Below are positions 23,401-35,973 of a stretch of 64,000 nt of DNA, in pieces (position 1 is the stretch's first letter; each line of letters starts with the position of its first letter). The notes beneath the pieces are model-generated. The model saw nothing but the letters and a program-made list of their open reading frames with translations, was not told the DNA's origin and searched no databases. The translations under genes and the position numbers were made by a program. The stretch is from NCBI GenBank assembly GCA_002695905.1, contig NZQM01000204.1, positions 830 through 64,829 on the forward strand, written 5' to 3'. This DNA is from Parvibaculum sp. GTDB taxonomy: Bacteria; Pseudomonadota; Alphaproteobacteria; Parvibaculales; Parvibaculaceae.

Positions 23401-23612
23401 CCAAACAAACTAAATTTTGAGTGATGCGCCCCTAATCTGTCGGGCAGTTATCTGATGTCTGCACGCCCCTACCCCAGAGGCACGTCAAAGGCCACTCCAG
23501 AAGGACCGGCCTGAGTGTGGTTCTAACAAAAGTCGCGAACCCTTCTCAAATAACTCTTTCTTACAGTTTGTTACGTATAGGAAGAACCCTTAAGTCATTG
23601 AAAAATAATAAT

Positions 23613-23647
23613 AAAAAGGGGATCGACAAACGGCGTCAACCCCCTTT
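23613..23647 (-). terminator. Intrinsic terminator downstream of ftsZ
   Basis: Minus strand GGGGGTTGAC-loop-GTCGATCCCC followed by TTTTTATT. Confidence 0.7.
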
Positions 23648-23670
23648 GTGTCAAGCCTTAGGCGAAGCTT

Positions 23671-25338
23671 TTAGTTTGCCTGACGCCGTAAGAAGGTTGG
23701 GATCTCCAATTGATCCTCCTCGAAAGACGATGCCACCATTCCGTCATCCGCTTTTGGCTGCGGGGCCGGTGCTTGCTGAGCAACTGGCGCTGCCGGTTGA
23801 GACTCAGCTACGGCCGCTTGTTGAGGTGCCTGCGGCGCTGGCCGGGCCGGTGCCGCAATAGTCTGAGCAGGCTGAACGGCCTCACGCGGCACAACCGGCG
23901 CGTGACGTGTCTCAGGCGCAGCTTTAGATCGCCCCGTCAGCCGCTCAAACAAGGACGGCCCACGTGCAGGCACAGCTTGCCTGGTAACAGGCTCCGGACG
24001 GGCGCCGAGGAATGACGGCAACTCGCTTGATCGGGCCTCTACCCGGTTGAGACCAGCCGGAATGAAAGGCCGGTTCGGTTCGGCATCAGCAGATAGACTT
24101 GCCTGAGCTGGTTCTGGTTTGGTAACTGGCTCCTGTTTGGGGATAACGACCTCAGCCTCATAGGCCGCTGGGTCGAAATCTGCTGGCAGGGGCGTTTCAA
24201 GAGCGAGTTCAGCTTCTGCCTGAACAGGTGCAGGCTCTTGCACGTCAACCTGCCGCGCTTCAGCTACTGCATCACCAGTTTGAGGTTCCTCAGAAATCTC
24301 TTCAGCTGACATCCGACGTCCAGGGCGCAGCATGGTGATTTTTTCAGTTTCCGGCACTGGCAGGTCAGCCTGCTCTACATCAATACCCGTCGCGACAACA
24401 GAAACCCGCATGCTGCCATCCAGGGATGAGTCAAATGTGGACCCAACAATGATGTTCGCGTCTGGGTCAACTTCAGACCGGATCCGATTTGCAGCTTCAT
24501 CAACCTCATAAAGGGTAAGGTCCATGCCACCGGTAATGTTAATGAGAACGCCACGGGCGCCTTTCATCGACACTTCATCAAGCAATGGGTTTGAGATGGC
24601 AGCTTCAGCAGCCTCCACGGCCCGCTTCTCACCTTCTGCTTCGCCCGTGCCCATCATGGCTTTGCCCATTTCGTTCATCACAGTGCGAACATCAGCAAAG
24701 TCGAGATTGATCAAACCTGGCTTGACCATGAGGTCGGTAATCCCGGCTACGCCGGAATGCAGAACCTCATCAGCCATGGAGAAGGCTTCCGCGAAGGTCG
24801 TTCTCTCATTGGCAATACGGAACAAGTTCTGGTTCGGGATAATGATCAGCGTATCAACGAACTGAGAAAGCTCTTTGATACCTTCTTCAGCGAGCCGCGC
24901 CCGCCGCGCACCTTCAAACTGGAAGGGCTTTGTCACCACACCGACGGTCAGAATGCCTTTCTCACGCGCCGTTCGGGCAATCACCGGCGCACCGCCTGTC
25001 CCGGTGCCACCGCCCATGCCGGCAGTAATAAAGACCATATGACTATCTTCAAGGCTCTCGGAAATCTCCCCAAGAGCTTCTTCAGCAGCAGCACACCCTA
25101 CTTCTGGGCGCGAGCCTGCGCCAAGACCTTGGGTAATTGCCGCGCCGAGTTGAATGCGCCGTTCGGCCGAAGACATGGTGAGTGATTGCGCGTCCGTATT
25201 CGCCACAACAAACTCAACGCCTTCGAGTCCGGAATCGATCATATTATTGACCGCATTGCCGCCAGCACCGCCGACGCCAAATACAGTAATGCGCGGTTTC
25301 AGTTCAGTTGCCTGTGGAACCGTCAGATTGATGCTCAT
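23671..25338 (-). CDS. ftsZ: Cell division protein FtsZ (long C-terminal linker)
   Basis: GGGTGTG tubulin motif, NLDFADV, C-terminal [12 protein letters not shown]. Confidence 0.99.
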   Translation of the reverse strand: MSINLTVPQATELKPRITVFGVGGAGGNAVNNMIDSGLEGVEFVVANTDAQSLTMSSAERRIQLGAAITQGLGAGSRPEVGCAAAEEALGEISESLEDSHMVFITAGMGGGTGTGGAPVIARTAREKGILTVGVVTKPFQFEGARRARLAEEGIKELSQFVDTLIIIPNQNLFRIANERTTFAEAFSMADEVLHSGVAGITDLMVKPGLINLDFADVRTVMNEMGKAMMGTGEAEGEKRAVEAAEAAISNPLLDEVSMKGARGVLINITGGMDLTLYEVDEAANRIRSEVDPDANIIVGSTFDSSLDGSMRVSVVATGIDVEQADLPVPETEKITMLRPGRRMSAEEISEEPQTGDAVAEARQVDVQEPAPVQAEAELALETPLPADFDPAAYEAEVVIPKQEPVTKPEPAQASLSADAEPNRPFIPAGLNRVEARSSELPSFLGARPEPVTRQAVPARGPSLFERLTGRSKAAPETRHAPVVPREAVQPAQTIAAPARPAPQAPQQAAVAESQPAAPVAQQAPAPQPKADDGMVASSFEEDQLEIPTFLRRQAN

Positions 25339-25539
25339 GTAAGCCTCCTAGGAGCAAATCGTGGGTCGTAATCGAGGTCGAAGAAACAGGCTTACTCCTG
25401 GCCCATTTCTGTTGGAGCGGAATGCTCCGGTGAGCGCACTGGTCAATTGCCGCATCTTCCAGCACACCGATGATCGACCTCGCCGTCAAAGTCGGCTTAA
25501 ACAACACAAAACCTGCATGCGTGTCGCCAAGCCCGATCA

Positions 25540-26844
25540 TCAAAAATTCTCCTTCAACCACCGTCCAATGCGCCGCCATTGACCAGAGTTTTCAGGAACG
25601 TCCAAAGCCGGATCCGAATTAATCGTGAGTGGAGCCAACTGTGAATAGGATGCAAGGCCCGCGGCGGCGGAGAATGCCGGTCCACCCGTTGCCTCTGCCA
25701 AGCCCATATATCGAACAGGTTGTCCGACACGGACCTTTTTATTGAGAATGCGCGCTGTGTGCTCGCGGGCGCCACTGAGCTGGGCGCCGCCGCCAGTGAG
25801 AACAACCCGCTGACCCGCCACGCGATCAAAGCCGCTTTTGGTCAGGCGATCCCTCACTAGCTCCAGCGTCTCTTCAAGGCGGGGCTGGATAATACCTGTC
25901 AAAATAGATCTCGGGATGTGATTGGCCGATGAGTGATCTGTTTCGCCCACCTGTGGCACGTCGATCAGTTCCCGTTCATCCGACGGGCTCGCAAGCGCTG
26001 AGCCATAAAGCGTCTTCATACGTTCTGCGTACGCAATCGGTGTCGAAAGACCCCGTGCAATATCATTCGTAATATGCTGACCGCCAACAGGCACCGCGTC
26101 GCAATAGACCATCTGGCCCTCAAAAAAGACCGCCAGCGATGTCGTCCCGCCACCCATATCGATCACGGTAACGCCGAGATCCATCTCATCTTCTACGAGC
26201 GCTGCAAGGCCACTCGCATAGGGAGCGGCAACCATGCCGGCCACGTTCAAATGGCATCGTTGGATGCAAAGTTCGAGATTGCGGACAGGTCCGTGCTGAA
26301 CGCTGACCATATGGAGTTCAACGCCGGCCTTTTCGCCGAACATGCCGCGTGGATCGCGAATACCGCGATTGTCATCAACCGAATAATTGATCGGAATGGC
26401 ATGCAAAACATCTCGGCCTTCCGGCATGTATTTGCCCTGACCGAACGCCACAAGGCGCGTCAAGTCGTCGTCCTGCACTTCACGAGAAGGGATTGGCGCT
26501 TGCACAGCAATGGTCTGGCTTTTGGGCTCACCACAGGCAACGGTCACGAGGACTTCCCGCACCGTGGCACCCGCCATACGCTCCGCTGCGTCAACCGCAA
26601 CGCGAATCGCTTCTTCGGCTGCATCCATATCGACAATGGCACCACCGCGCACACCGCGGGACACCTGATGACCAATCCCGATGATCCGCATCGGCGAAAG
26701 GCCGTTGGCAAGCTTGCCGGGCTCAATCTTCGCGATGAAGCAGGCAATCTTGTTTGACCCGACATCAAGAGCAGCAACAATCCCAGGCCGTCCGGCACTG
26801 ATGGGCTTGCCTTGCAATCCTTTTGCTCCAAGCCCCATATTCAT
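25540..26844 (-). CDS. ftsA: Cell division protein FtsA
   Basis: LDVGSNK, DMGGGTT, LTGGGA; C-terminal amphipathic helix WLKENF. Confidence 0.97.
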   Translation of the reverse strand: MNMGLGAKGLQGKPISAGRPGIVAALDVGSNKIACFIAKIEPGKLANGLSPMRIIGIGHQVSRGVRGGAIVDMDAAEEAIRVAVDAAERMAGATVREVLVTVACGEPKSQTIAVQAPIPSREVQDDDLTRLVAFGQGKYMPEGRDVLHAIPINYSVDDNRGIRDPRGMFGEKAGVELHMVSVQHGPVRNLELCIQRCHLNVAGMVAAPYASGLAALVEDEMDLGVTVIDMGGGTTSLAVFFEGQMVYCDAVPVGGQHITNDIARGLSTPIAYAERMKTLYGSALASPSDERELIDVPQVGETDHSSANHIPRSILTGIIQPRLEETLELVRDRLTKSGFDRVAGQRVVLTGGGAQLSGAREHTARILNKKVRVGQPVRYMGLAEATGGPAFSAAAGLASYSQLAPLTINSDPALDVPENSGQWRRIGRWLKENF

Positions 26845-27866
26845 GTGTCATCCCCTTGCAAGGGACGACCCCAACCTTGGACAACCGCATCGCGCCGTGC
26901 CGCCGCATCGGGGCTCAAACGAACGGTAAACCGGTCCGGCAGACGCACATCAATCGCTTCAATGTCGCGCGCCAGCACCCGCTGGGCTTCGTCAATCGCA
27001 ACCAGTTCAGCGAGCGCTTCACTCACACCAACTTCCGGTAGCAAAACATCAACACCATTTTCCAGACGCAGGTTCCAGCGACGGTCTCCGACCCGCACAT
27101 AGGCGCGCACCCGGGCCTGAAGCTCCGGCCAAGCCGCAACCACCTGTGTGAAACCCTCTGCTTCACGCGCAGCACCATGCCCAACAACCAAAGGAAGATG
27201 GCCGTAGCCCTCAACGCCATCTTCTGTGATAGGGCGCCCCTGCGCATCAATCACCGCCAGACGTCCACCTCGCTGCCAAACAGCAAATGGACGACGCTCC
27301 ACAAGTTCTACATGCACCCGGTCCGGTAAAATCCGCGTCACCGTTGCATCTGCAATCCAGTCAAGGCGCATCAGATTTTCCCGCGCACTCTCAAGATCGA
27401 CAGTGAAGATGACCTGGCCTTGCTCGACCTCAAGTGCCTTGAGGACATCCGCCCTCGTGGTCCGCTCACGACCGGCAACCGTCACCTCGTCAACACCAAA
27501 TCCTACCCAGGCAACCGATGCGGTGGCCTGATCCGCGACATAGCTGCCAGCCGCTGCGATATGCCCGCCCACAGCCAGACCATAGAGAGCCGCCGCACCG
27601 ACAAACCCCGCACTTGCAACACCCACAAGAGATTTAGGCAATCGACCCTCGCGGATAGCTTCAATCGTGCGCGAAAGTCGGCTCGGGGGCCGCTGTCCCC
27701 GTCGACCAAATGATTTTCCGGATTTGGCTCGGCGCCGCCCCGGTGCAACAGTGCTGGTACGCCCTGTGGTCTTCGCACCGCGCCCCGAAGCAGATCTAGA
27801 ACCGGTCGCAGAACGGCGCGACGCAGCTTTGCGCGCAGGCCTTTTCTGTTCCTTTACCGATCGCAT
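26841..27866 (-). CDS. ftsQ: Cell division protein FtsQ
   Basis: Basic N-terminus, TM, POTRA domain, RRWNL and IDVR motifs; position; GGAGG RBS. Confidence 0.93.
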   Translation of the reverse strand: MRSVKEQKRPARKAASRRSATGSRSASGRGAKTTGRTSTVAPGRRRAKSGKSFGRRGQRPPSRLSRTIEAIREGRLPKSLVGVASAGFVGAAALYGLAVGGHIAAAGSYVADQATASVAWVGFGVDEVTVAGRERTTRADVLKALEVEQGQVIFTVDLESARENLMRLDWIADATVTRILPDRVHVELVERRPFAVWQRGGRLAVIDAQGRPITEDGVEGYGHLPLVVGHGAAREAEGFTQVVAAWPELQARVRAYVRVGDRRWNLRLENGVDVLLPEVGVSEALAELVAIDEAQRVLARDIEAIDVRLPDRFTVRLSPDAAARRDAVVQGWGRPLQGDDT

Positions 27867-28771
27867 GACGCATCCTCCACCATCCAACGGACAAGCGCGC
27901 CATATGACATTCCTTCATACGCCGCGAGTTCGGGAACCAACGACGTCGGCGTCATGCCGGGCTGCGTATTGACCTCTAACAGAACGAGCTCCCCTTTCTT
28001 TTCATCGAAACGGAAATCCGACCTGGTTACCCCCCGGCAACCAAGCGAATCATGTGCCGCATGTGTCACGTCCTGAACACGTTTATTTATATCCGAACTG
28101 ATTCGGGCAGGCACTACGTGAACCGAGCCACCACTCGAATATTTTGCGTCATAGTCGTAGAAAGCTGTGTTTGCTGTGATCTCTGTGACATTTAAGACTC
28201 GGTTTCCGATCACTGCGCAGGTGAGTTCCATACCCGGTATGTAGCGCTCCGCCATCACCAAATCACCAAGGTCCCATTTCGGCGAAGAGAGTTCTGCGGG
28301 TGGTCGGTTTTCACCTTCGCGAACGATAAAAACACCCACACTTGAGCCCTGGTTATGCGGCTTAATCACATAGGGTGTATCCATGACATGGCCTCGAGCC
28401 GCTTCTTCCCGCGTCACAAGCTTGCTCTCAGCGACGGGGAGTCCAGCCGCCCGAAACACGTGCTTCGATTGTTCCTTGTCCATGGCGACGGCTGACGCGC
28501 GGACACCCGAATGGGTGTAGGGAATGCCAAGCACTTCCAGGAGTCCCTGAACGCACCCATCCTCGCCCCAGCGACCATGCAGGGCGTTGAAAACAGCGTC
28601 CGGCTTTATTTGGAGCAACTGCTCCGCCAGATCCCGGCCAGCATCAATCTCAGTGACCTCAAACCCTTCTCCGCGCAGGGCTTTAGCACAATCACGACCG
28701 GACACGAGGCTCACTTCTCGCTCTGGCGACCAGCCGCCCTTAACAACGGCGATGTGTTTGTAGCCGCTCAC
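27854..28771 (-). CDS. ddl: D-alanine--D-alanine ligase
   Basis: [41 protein letters not shown]. Confidence 0.97.
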   Translation of the reverse strand: MSGYKHIAVVKGGWSPEREVSLVSGRDCAKALRGEGFEVTEIDAGRDLAEQLLQIKPDAVFNALHGRWGEDGCVQGLLEVLGIPYTHSGVRASAVAMDKEQSKHVFRAAGLPVAESKLVTREEAARGHVMDTPYVIKPHNQGSSVGVFIVREGENRPPAELSSPKWDLGDLVMAERYIPGMELTCAVIGNRVLNVTEITANTAFYDYDAKYSSGGSVHVVPARISSDINKRVQDVTHAAHDSLGCRGVTRSDFRFDEKKGELVLLEVNTQPGMTPTSLVPELAAYEGMSYGALVRWMVEDASCDR

Positions 28772-29697
28772 GAAGACACCTCGTCCCGTGTCATGCCAAT
28801 ACGCCTGATTTCCCAATCAAGCGTGACCCCACTTGTTTCTTTAACCCGCCTACGTACTTCCTCGCCCAGCTCTTCAATATCGGCGGCAGTTGCGTCACCT
28901 GTATTGATGAGAAAGTTACAGTGTTTCTCACTCACCTGAGCACCGCCCCGCGTGAGACCACGACATCCAGCCGCATCGATCAGTTGCCAGCTCTTGTGTC
29001 CTTCAGGGTTTTTGAAAGTCGATCCGCCCGTACGTGTTCGGATCGGCTGGCTTGTCTCGCGGCGCTCGGTAATCTCATTCATCCGGCGCTCGATCTCCGA
29101 CTTGTCACCAGCAGCGCCTTGAAAAAGTGCACTTGTAAAATAGACATCTGCCGGCGCACTTGAGTGACGATAGCTGTAGCCCATGTCAGCAAGCGAATAG
29201 GTGACCCGCTCACCGGCGCGCGTCACGCCTTCTGCTTCGATGAGCACATCCATTGTTTCTTTTTCGTATGCGCCACCATTCATACGAAGCGCACCACCAA
29301 TCGAGCCTGGAATACCGCGAAAAAACTCCAGCCCCGCGATACCGGCTTCCATGGCCGACCGCGCGACAGCCATATCAAGCGCTGCAGTCCCTGCACGCAC
29401 CCGATGATTACTCAAAATCTCAATACCCATAAACGGTTTGCCCATCCGGATCACCACACCTGCGATGCCGCCGTCACGGACAAGAAGGTTGGACCCCACC
29501 CCCACAACCGTCATGGGAACCTCAGGCGGACAGGCCTTCAGGAAAGCCGCAAGATCGTCTGTGTCCACTGGCCGAAACAAAACTTCGGCAGGACCACCCA
29601 CGCGGAACCAGGTAAGGGGCGCCATGGGCGCATCCGGGATCAACTCACCGCGAACTTCCGGCAACCCATCAATGAGGTGATCGGCGACCATACTCAT
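28768..29697 (-). CDS. murB: UDP-N-acetylenolpyruvoylglucosamine reductase
   Basis: [36 protein letters not shown]. Confidence 0.97.
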   Translation of the reverse strand: MSMVADHLIDGLPEVRGELIPDAPMAPLTWFRVGGPAEVLFRPVDTDDLAAFLKACPPEVPMTVVGVGSNLLVRDGGIAGVVIRMGKPFMGIEILSNHRVRAGTAALDMAVARSAMEAGIAGLEFFRGIPGSIGGALRMNGGAYEKETMDVLIEAEGVTRAGERVTYSLADMGYSYRHSSAPADVYFTSALFQGAAGDKSEIERRMNEITERRETSQPIRTRTGGSTFKNPEGHKSWQLIDAAGCRGLTRGGAQVSEKHCNFLINTGDATAADIEELGEEVRRRVKETSGVTLDWEIRRIGMTRDEVSS

Positions 29698-31109
29698 GCG
29701 CTCCCGTCCAGCTTCTCAAGATCCTGCGGCAGTGCATTTGCCCATTGGGTAATATTGCCTGCACCCAGGCACAAAACCATGTCGCCTGGCCGGGCCAGCT
29801 CCGCAATCACTCCAGGAAGCGCCTCCGCACTCTCCAAGGCGAGCGCATGCTTGTGCCCGCGCTCCTGAAGACCTTGCACCATGGTGTCACGATTAATGCC
29901 CTCGATCGGCTTTTCACCCGCTTCAAAAACCGGCGATACGATGACCGTGTCTGCATCATTGAAGCAGGAGCAGAACTCGTCAAAAAGATCCCGAAGGCGC
30001 GTGTAGCGATGCGGCTGAACCACTGCAATGATCCGGCCGTCACTGGCAGAGCGTGCAGCCTGCAACACAGCCGAAATCTCTACAGGGTGATGACCGTAAT
30101 CATCATAAATTTCCACGCCGTTCCACGAACCTGCATGGGAGAAGCGACGCTTCACACCACCAAAACCGGCAAGCCCCTTTGCAATGGCATCTGCCGACAA
30201 GCCCATCCTGTGCGCGACAGCCACCGCCGCAAGCGCATTGAGCATATTATGGTGCCCCGGCATCGCCAGACGCAGTCCATCAATGCTCGTAGTTTCTCCA
30301 GATTTCCTATCTGTGAGCGTCACATCAAAAACCGTAACCGCGCCATCCATACGAACATTGGACGCACGAACATCGGCCTGCGGGCTCGTGCCATATGTCA
30401 CCAGCGTTCGGTCGCTGACCCGCCCCATAAGGGCCTGCACTTCGGGGTGGTCGATGCAAAGAACCGCAAGGCCATAAAACGGCACATTCTCAATGAAGCG
30501 AACGAACGCCTCACGAACGCCATCGAAGCTGCCATAGTGATCGAGATGTTCAGGATCAATATTGGTGACCACAGCAATGGTGGAGGGAAGCTTCGTGAAG
30601 GTACCGTCGCTCTCATCGGCTTCGACAACCATCCATTCACCCGCACCCAGTCGTGCGTTCGTGCCATAGGCATTGATGATCCCGCCATTGATCACAGTCG
30701 GGTCGATGTCGCCCGCATCAAGAAGGGCCGCAACCAGCGACGTCGTTGTCGTCTTCCCGTGGGTCCCGCCAATGGCAACACAAGACTTAAGCCGCATCAG
30801 CTCCGCGAGCATTTCAGCACGGCGCACAACCGGCAACATACGAGCCCGAGCTTCAACAAGCTCTGGGTTGTCTGCTTTGATGGCAGAGGACACAACCAGC
30901 ACCTGAGCATCGCCCAGATTTTCCGCCACCTGCCCCACCATGACCTTTATACCAAGGTCGCGGAGCCGCTTCACGTTTGCATTCTCGGCAGCGTCCGATC
31001 CCTGCACCGAATAGCCAAGATTATGCATGACTTCGGCAATGCCACTCATGCCGATGCCGCCAATGCCGACAAAATGGATCACACCCATATCAAGCGGGGC
31101 TGGTCTCAT
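29694..31109 (-). CDS. murC: UDP-N-acetylmuramate--L-alanine ligase
   Basis: [38 protein letters not shown]. Confidence 0.98.
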   Translation of the reverse strand: MRPAPLDMGVIHFVGIGGIGMSGIAEVMHNLGYSVQGSDAAENANVKRLRDLGIKVMVGQVAENLGDAQVLVVSSAIKADNPELVEARARMLPVVRRAEMLAELMRLKSCVAIGGTHGKTTTTSLVAALLDAGDIDPTVINGGIINAYGTNARLGAGEWMVVEADESDGTFTKLPSTIAVVTNIDPEHLDHYGSFDGVREAFVRFIENVPFYGLAVLCIDHPEVQALMGRVSDRTLVTYGTSPQADVRASNVRMDGAVTVFDVTLTDRKSGETTSIDGLRLAMPGHHNMLNALAAVAVAHRMGLSADAIAKGLAGFGGVKRRFSHAGSWNGVEIYDDYGHHPVEISAVLQAARSASDGRIIAVVQPHRYTRLRDLFDEFCSCFNDADTVIVSPVFEAGEKPIEGINRDTMVQGLQERGHKHALALESAEALPGVIAELARPGDMVLCLGAGNITQWANALPQDLEKLDGSA

Positions 31110-32314
31110 TGGTTTTTCTCCCGGGGTGCGTTCATTCCCCCAGACCCCTCTTGAGAGGCCGAAAGATATTGTTGAGTAGCGGGGGACGGCAGGCTGCCTG
31201 TTTTTTTGCGCGCCACGCGCTCAACAAGATCTGCGAGCGACTGAACGGCACGCGGCTTGCCTTCTGCCTTTGCAGCAGCAGCCATGCCCGACAACTTATT
31301 ACCGTCCGAAAACAAAGAAGACAACGTCTCCGCAAGCCGTTCTGGCGTAAAGCCATCCTGCTCCATCATGATAGAGGCGCCCGCGTTCGAGAGAATTTCC
31401 GCATTGGCCTTCTGATCCTGATCAAGGGAGTGCGGAAGCGGCACAAGAATGGACGGACGACCAATCACAGCAAGCTCGCTCACCGTCGATGCACCTGCCC
31501 GTCCAATCACCAAATGGGATCTGGCAATCACTTTTGGCATGTCATCGAAAAACGCGGAAAGCTTCGCTGAAATATCTGCGTTCGCATAGGCTTGCCTCAC
31601 ACGTCCCAAATCTTCTCCACGGCATTGCTGCGTCACATCAAAACGCGCACGCAACTCCGCCGGAAGCGCCGTCAACGCATCGGGCACAATGTCACTCATG
31701 ACACGGGCACCTTGACTACCGCCAAAAACCAGAAGGCGAATAGGTCCACTCCCAATACCTTCAAACGGCACATTGGCCTGTGCCAGCACAGCGTCTCGCA
31801 CCGGATTGCCGGTCACATGCAGTTTCGGCAAGGCGCGAGGTTTCAAATATTTCGGCGCCGGGAAAGTCGATGCAATCGCGTGCACAAATGGCGCAACAGC
31901 TTTGTTGACACGCCCCAGAACCGCATTTTGCTCATGAACAATCGTGGGGATGCGGCGCAGAATGGCCGCAAGCATGGGCGGCATGGTGGGATAGCCCCCA
32001 AAACCCACAACAACTGAAGGCTTGGCCCGCCCCATAACCGCCAAAGACTGACTTGTGCCACTCACGATTTTTGCTACCGCTGAAAGAATACCGGCGAGCC
32101 CTGGTCCAGAAAAAGTCGCTGAGGGAACAGAGAATATATCCGCTCCTGGAAACAGGCGGTCAAAATGTTGCACGCGCTCATCAGTAATGAGCACAATTGA
32201 ATGCCCGCGCCGCTTGAGCTCTTGTGCCAGCGCCTGTCCCGGAAACAAATGCCCACCCGTGCCACCAGCAGCAATCATGACAGGCCCTGCCAGAACAGGT
32301 GAGATACCACTCAT
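31106..32314 (-). CDS. murG: Lipid II GlcNAc transferase MurG
   Basis: [35 protein letters not shown]. Confidence 0.97.
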   Translation of the reverse strand: MSGISPVLAGPVMIAAGGTGGHLFPGQALAQELKRRGHSIVLITDERVQHFDRLFPGADIFSVPSATFSGPGLAGILSAVAKIVSGTSQSLAVMGRAKPSVVVGFGGYPTMPPMLAAILRRIPTIVHEQNAVLGRVNKAVAPFVHAIASTFPAPKYLKPRALPKLHVTGNPVRDAVLAQANVPFEGIGSGPIRLLVFGGSQGARVMSDIVPDALTALPAELRARFDVTQQCRGEDLGRVRQAYANADISAKLSAFFDDMPKVIARSHLVIGRAGASTVSELAVIGRPSILVPLPHSLDQDQKANAEILSNAGASIMMEQDGFTPERLAETLSSLFSDGNKLSGMAAAAKAEGKPRAVQSLADLVERVARKKTGSLPSPATQQYLSASQEGSGGMNAPREKNQ

Positions 32315-33456
32315 GCGTGGGCCCTCCATTCGGCTGGCTGAGCTCCGGCATGCACCCGTCGACGGGTGAGCGAAAGCAGCATGCCTGTCGCAACGGCAAG
32401 AGCCAGAAGGGACGAGCCACCATAGGAGATAAAGGGAAGCGTCATGCCTTTGGCTGGCATGAGGTTCAGATTAACCGCCAGATTGATCAGCGCCTGCGTG
32501 CCAATCAACAGGGTAAGCCCTGAGACGGCGAGCTGTACAAAGAGGTCGGTTTCATCAAGGGCGCGGAGGAGCGTGCGAATAACGATAAAGCTGAAAAGCC
32601 CGATGATGAGAATGCCAGCGAGCACACCAAACTCTTCCGCTGCCACCGCGAAGATGAAGTCTGTATGCGCGTCCGGCAGGATGAGCTTTACCGCACCCTC
32701 ACCCGGGCCCCGTCCGAAAAAGCCGCCAGCCCGCACTGCCTCCATAGCCCGATCAATCTGATAAGTATCACCTGATGCGGGATCCATAAAACGGTCCACC
32801 CGGCTCGCCACGTGCGGAACCAATTGGTAGGCAGCGACCGCCCCGCCGAGCCCGACTGCACCGAGGCCAATAATCCAGAACCAGGAGATACCGATCATGA
32901 ACAGGAGGCCACCGAATACCAGCGTGACAAGTGTTGCCTGGCCAAAATCCGGTTGAAATACCAGAAGGCCGATAAAGAGCGCATAAAGCACAAAGGCCAG
33001 AGACATGCCCGGCACGGCTTTGGAGCGCGCACCCTCCGCAAACATCCAGGCGACCAGAACAACAAAAGCTGGCTTTACAAATTCAGAGGGCTGCAGCGAA
33101 AACCGGCCGAGTGGCAGCCAGCGGGTCGCCCCCTTGATTTCCGGTCCCATTAGCAGGGTCGCCACCATCAGCAGCAACCCGCCGAAAAAGACAACAACCG
33201 CCAAACGCCTTACCTGTCGGGTCGTGAAGAAGGAAATGCCGAATATCACAATGAAAGCAGGAACCAGAAAAACCGCTTGGCGGTAGACAAAATGAAAGGA
33301 ATTGAGAGACAGGCGGTTCGCCACAGCTGGGCTTGCCGCCAGCGTCAGGATAATACCAAGCGCGACAAGCGCCAAGATCGCAACGACTGTCCATCGGTCG
33401 ATGGTCCACCACCACTCGGACAGAACAGATCGGTTCGCGCGGGAAAGACGGATCAT
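32311..33456 (-). CDS. ftsW: SEDS peptidoglycan polymerase FtsW
   Basis: GATRW, QPSEFVK, QPDFG, PDAHTDFIF, KGMTLPFISYGGS. Confidence 0.97.
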   Translation of the reverse strand: MIRLSRANRSVLSEWWWTIDRWTVVAILALVALGIILTLAASPAVANRLSLNSFHFVYRQAVFLVPAFIVIFGISFFTTRQVRRLAVVVFFGGLLLMVATLLMGPEIKGATRWLPLGRFSLQPSEFVKPAFVVLVAWMFAEGARSKAVPGMSLAFVLYALFIGLLVFQPDFGQATLVTLVFGGLLFMIGISWFWIIGLGAVGLGGAVAAYQLVPHVASRVDRFMDPASGDTYQIDRAMEAVRAGGFFGRGPGEGAVKLILPDAHTDFIFAVAAEEFGVLAGILIIGLFSFIVIRTLLRALDETDLFVQLAVSGLTLLIGTQALINLAVNLNLMPAKGMTLPFISYGGSSLLALAVATGMLLSLTRRRVHAGAQPAEWRAHA

Positions 33457-34874
33457 GCAGCTTCCCCTCCATTGCCAATAGCCTTGAGGGCAGCGTGCAC
33501 CATCTCGCGAAACGCATCACCGCGCACCTCGAAATTTTTAAACTGGTCAAAAGATGCACAGGCTGGAGAAAGAAGAACGACACCGCGACGACCGTCACGC
33601 GAGGCGCTCATGGCGTCGCGCACGGCGGCGGCAACCGCTGCGTCAAGAGTATCTGCGGCGACATATTGCACCTGCCCCTCCAACGAAGCACCAAACGCCT
33701 CCGTCGCTTCGCCGATCAGATAAGCCTTTTCGATCCGCGGAAAAAGCGGGGACAGGGAGTTGATCCCGCCCTCTTTCGGAACACCACCCGCGATCCAATA
33801 GATAGAGTCATAAGCGCCAAGTGCTTTACCAGCGGCCTCCGCATTGGTCGCCTTGCTGTCATTGACAAACAAGACGCCACTTGAGTCCGCAACAATTTCC
33901 ATACGATGAGCAAGACCTGGAAAAGATCGGAAAGAATGCAGAATACGATCAGCAGGGAAACCCAATGAGCGCCCAGCCGCATATGCCGCTGCAGCATTTT
34001 GCCAATTGTGCAGGCCCGCTAACGTCTTCAGGTTTTTCAAATCACCGACACGGTCGGTTTTTCCCGATCCGCTGTCATAAAGAACACCGTCAAGGACGCA
34101 AACGCCGCGACTGAGAGACTTGTCCGTTGAAACAGGCACCAAAGCAACTGTGCCTTTACCGCAGACTGCAGAACAAATCTCGGATGTCAGGGCATCGTCG
34201 ATACCGATAATGGCAACGTCCGTTGGCTCCTGAAACCGGAACAGCCGCGCTTTGACAGCGGCGTAATGTTCAAGCGAACCGTGACGATCGATATGATCAG
34301 GGCTGATATTGAGAAGAACACCAACATCCGGACGCAGCGTCGGCGCCAGATCAATCTGGTAGGAAGAGACTTCGACGACATACACTGTATCAGACCGTGG
34401 CGGATCAAGATCAAAGACCGCCTTACCGATATTCCCGCCGACTTCCGCACGCCGCCCATTGGCAGCGACCATGTGTCCGATCAACGCGGTTGTGGTAGAT
34501 TTTCCATTCGTACCTGTAATCGCGACAATTTTTGCCTTTGGGTTGAGAGCACGAACCTCGTGCTGAAACAGCTCAACATCCCCGAGTACCGGCACGCCAG
34601 CACTCTGGGCAAGGCGCACAACCTGATGCGGTTCAGGATGGGTGAGAGGAATACCAGGAGCCAGGATTAGCGCTGCATATCCATCGAGTCCCCGATCACA
34701 AGGATCAGAAATAGAGAGACCAGCCACCTCAGCGTTTGCGCGTTGTGTCTCACCGTCATCCCAGACCGTCACCTGCGCCCCGCCTTCAACCAACGCGCGC
34801 GCCACCGCCAACCCGGACGCTCCGAGTCCATATACGGCGACCCTGCGGTCTTTATAGGCGCGTGCTGCGATCAC
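33453..34874 (-). CDS. murD: UDP-MurNAc-L-Ala--D-Glu ligase
   Basis: GTNGKSTTT, GGNIG, EVSSYQ, DHIDRH, NDSKATN, SPACASFDQF. Confidence 0.98.
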   Translation of the reverse strand: MIAARAYKDRRVAVYGLGASGLAVARALVEGGAQVTVWDDGETQRANAEVAGLSISDPCDRGLDGYAALILAPGIPLTHPEPHQVVRLAQSAGVPVLGDVELFQHEVRALNPKAKIVAITGTNGKSTTTALIGHMVAANGRRAEVGGNIGKAVFDLDPPRSDTVYVVEVSSYQIDLAPTLRPDVGVLLNISPDHIDRHGSLEHYAAVKARLFRFQEPTDVAIIGIDDALTSEICSAVCGKGTVALVPVSTDKSLSRGVCVLDGVLYDSGSGKTDRVGDLKNLKTLAGLHNWQNAAAAYAAGRSLGFPADRILHSFRSFPGLAHRMEIVADSSGVLFVNDSKATNAEAAGKALGAYDSIYWIAGGVPKEGGINSLSPLFPRIEKAYLIGEATEAFGASLEGQVQYVAADTLDAAVAAAVRDAMSASRDGRRGVVLLSPACASFDQFKNFEVRGDAFREMVHAALKAIGNGGEAA

Positions 34875-34881
34875 TCTTAGG

Positions 34882-35970
34882 CTACCTCAGTTTCAGGGTG
34901 GCGAGACCGATCATCGCCAGGACACCAGAAATAATCCAAAAACGAATAACAATGGTGGGTTCCGCCCACCCCTTCTTCTCAAAATGATGGTGGAGAGGCG
35001 CCATACGGAAGACCCGCTTGCCGGTAAGCTTGAAGCTCGCGACCTGCACAATGACTGAGACAGCTTCGAGCACGAACAGACCGCCGATAATGACGAGGAC
35101 CAGCTCATGTTTGGCAACAACCGCAATCGATCCAAGCGCACCACCCAGAGCGAGCGAGCCTGTGTCCCCCATAAAGACGGAAGCAGGGGGTGCGTTGTAC
35201 CAGAGGAAGCCAAGACCGGCGCCAAGTAGCGCGCCGCAGAAAACCGCAAGCTCACCTGTGCCCGGCACAAAATGGATCTGCAGGTAATCCGAGAACACAG
35301 CGTTGCCGACGAGGTAAGAAATGAAGCCAAAGCTCGCAGCTGCAATCATCACAGGTACAATCGCCAAGCCATCAAGCCCATCTGTGAGGTTGACCGCGTT
35401 CGAGGCGCCCACGATCACCAAAACTCCAAAGATGAAGAAAAATCCGCCGAGGGGAATCAGGACATCTTTCAGAAACGGAACCGCGACAGATGTCGCGAGC
35501 TCCGGGGGCGCTACATTGAGCAATGCATAGACGGCGATACCCGCAATGATCGTTTCTAAGACCAGTTTCAAACGACCCGGCACACCGTCGCTCGATGCTT
35601 TGGATACTTTCAGATAATCGTCAGCAAAGCCGACCGCGCCAAACCCAAGCGTGACAAGCAGGACAATCCAAACATACGGATTGCTGAGATCGGCCCAGAG
35701 CAGAACCGACGGCACAAGGCCCAGCAAAATCAGAAAGCCACCCATGGTGGGTGTACCTTTTTTTGTGAGCAGGTGTCCTTCAGGACCATCCTCACGAATA
35801 GGCTGACCCTGAGCTTGTCGCGCCCGAAGAGCCCGAATGACTGCAGGCCCAAAAAGAAAAGAAACCAGAAGCGCTGTTACCGTCGCCCCTCCTGTTCGGA
35901 ACGTGATATAGCGAAACACATTCAGGCCTGGGACCTGATCAGCATATTGCACCAAAAAATCAAACAGCAT
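34882..35970 (-). CDS. mraY: Phospho-MurNAc-pentapeptide transferase
   Basis: [39 protein letters not shown]. Confidence 0.98.
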   Translation of the reverse strand: MLFDFLVQYADQVPGLNVFRYITFRTGGATVTALLVSFLFGPAVIRALRARQAQGQPIREDGPEGHLLTKKGTPTMGGFLILLGLVPSVLLWADLSNPYVWIVLLVTLGFGAVGFADDYLKVSKASSDGVPGRLKLVLETIIAGIAVYALLNVAPPELATSVAVPFLKDVLIPLGGFFFIFGVLVIVGASNAVNLTDGLDGLAIVPVMIAAASFGFISYLVGNAVFSDYLQIHFVPGTGELAVFCGALLGAGLGFLWYNAPPASVFMGDTGSLALGGALGSIAVVAKHELVLVIIGGLFVLEAVSVIVQVASFKLTGKRVFRMAPLHHHFEKKGWAEPTIVIRFWIISGVLAMIGLATLKLR

Positions 35971-35973
35971 CTG

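Noticed and set aside
23671..24350. Long Pro/Ala/Gln-rich FtsZ linker
   Set aside because: Normal for Alphaproteobacteria
29745..31154. 469-aa plus-strand ORF
   Set aside because: Antisense shadow of murC with no recognisable motifs; common in GC-rich coding DNA
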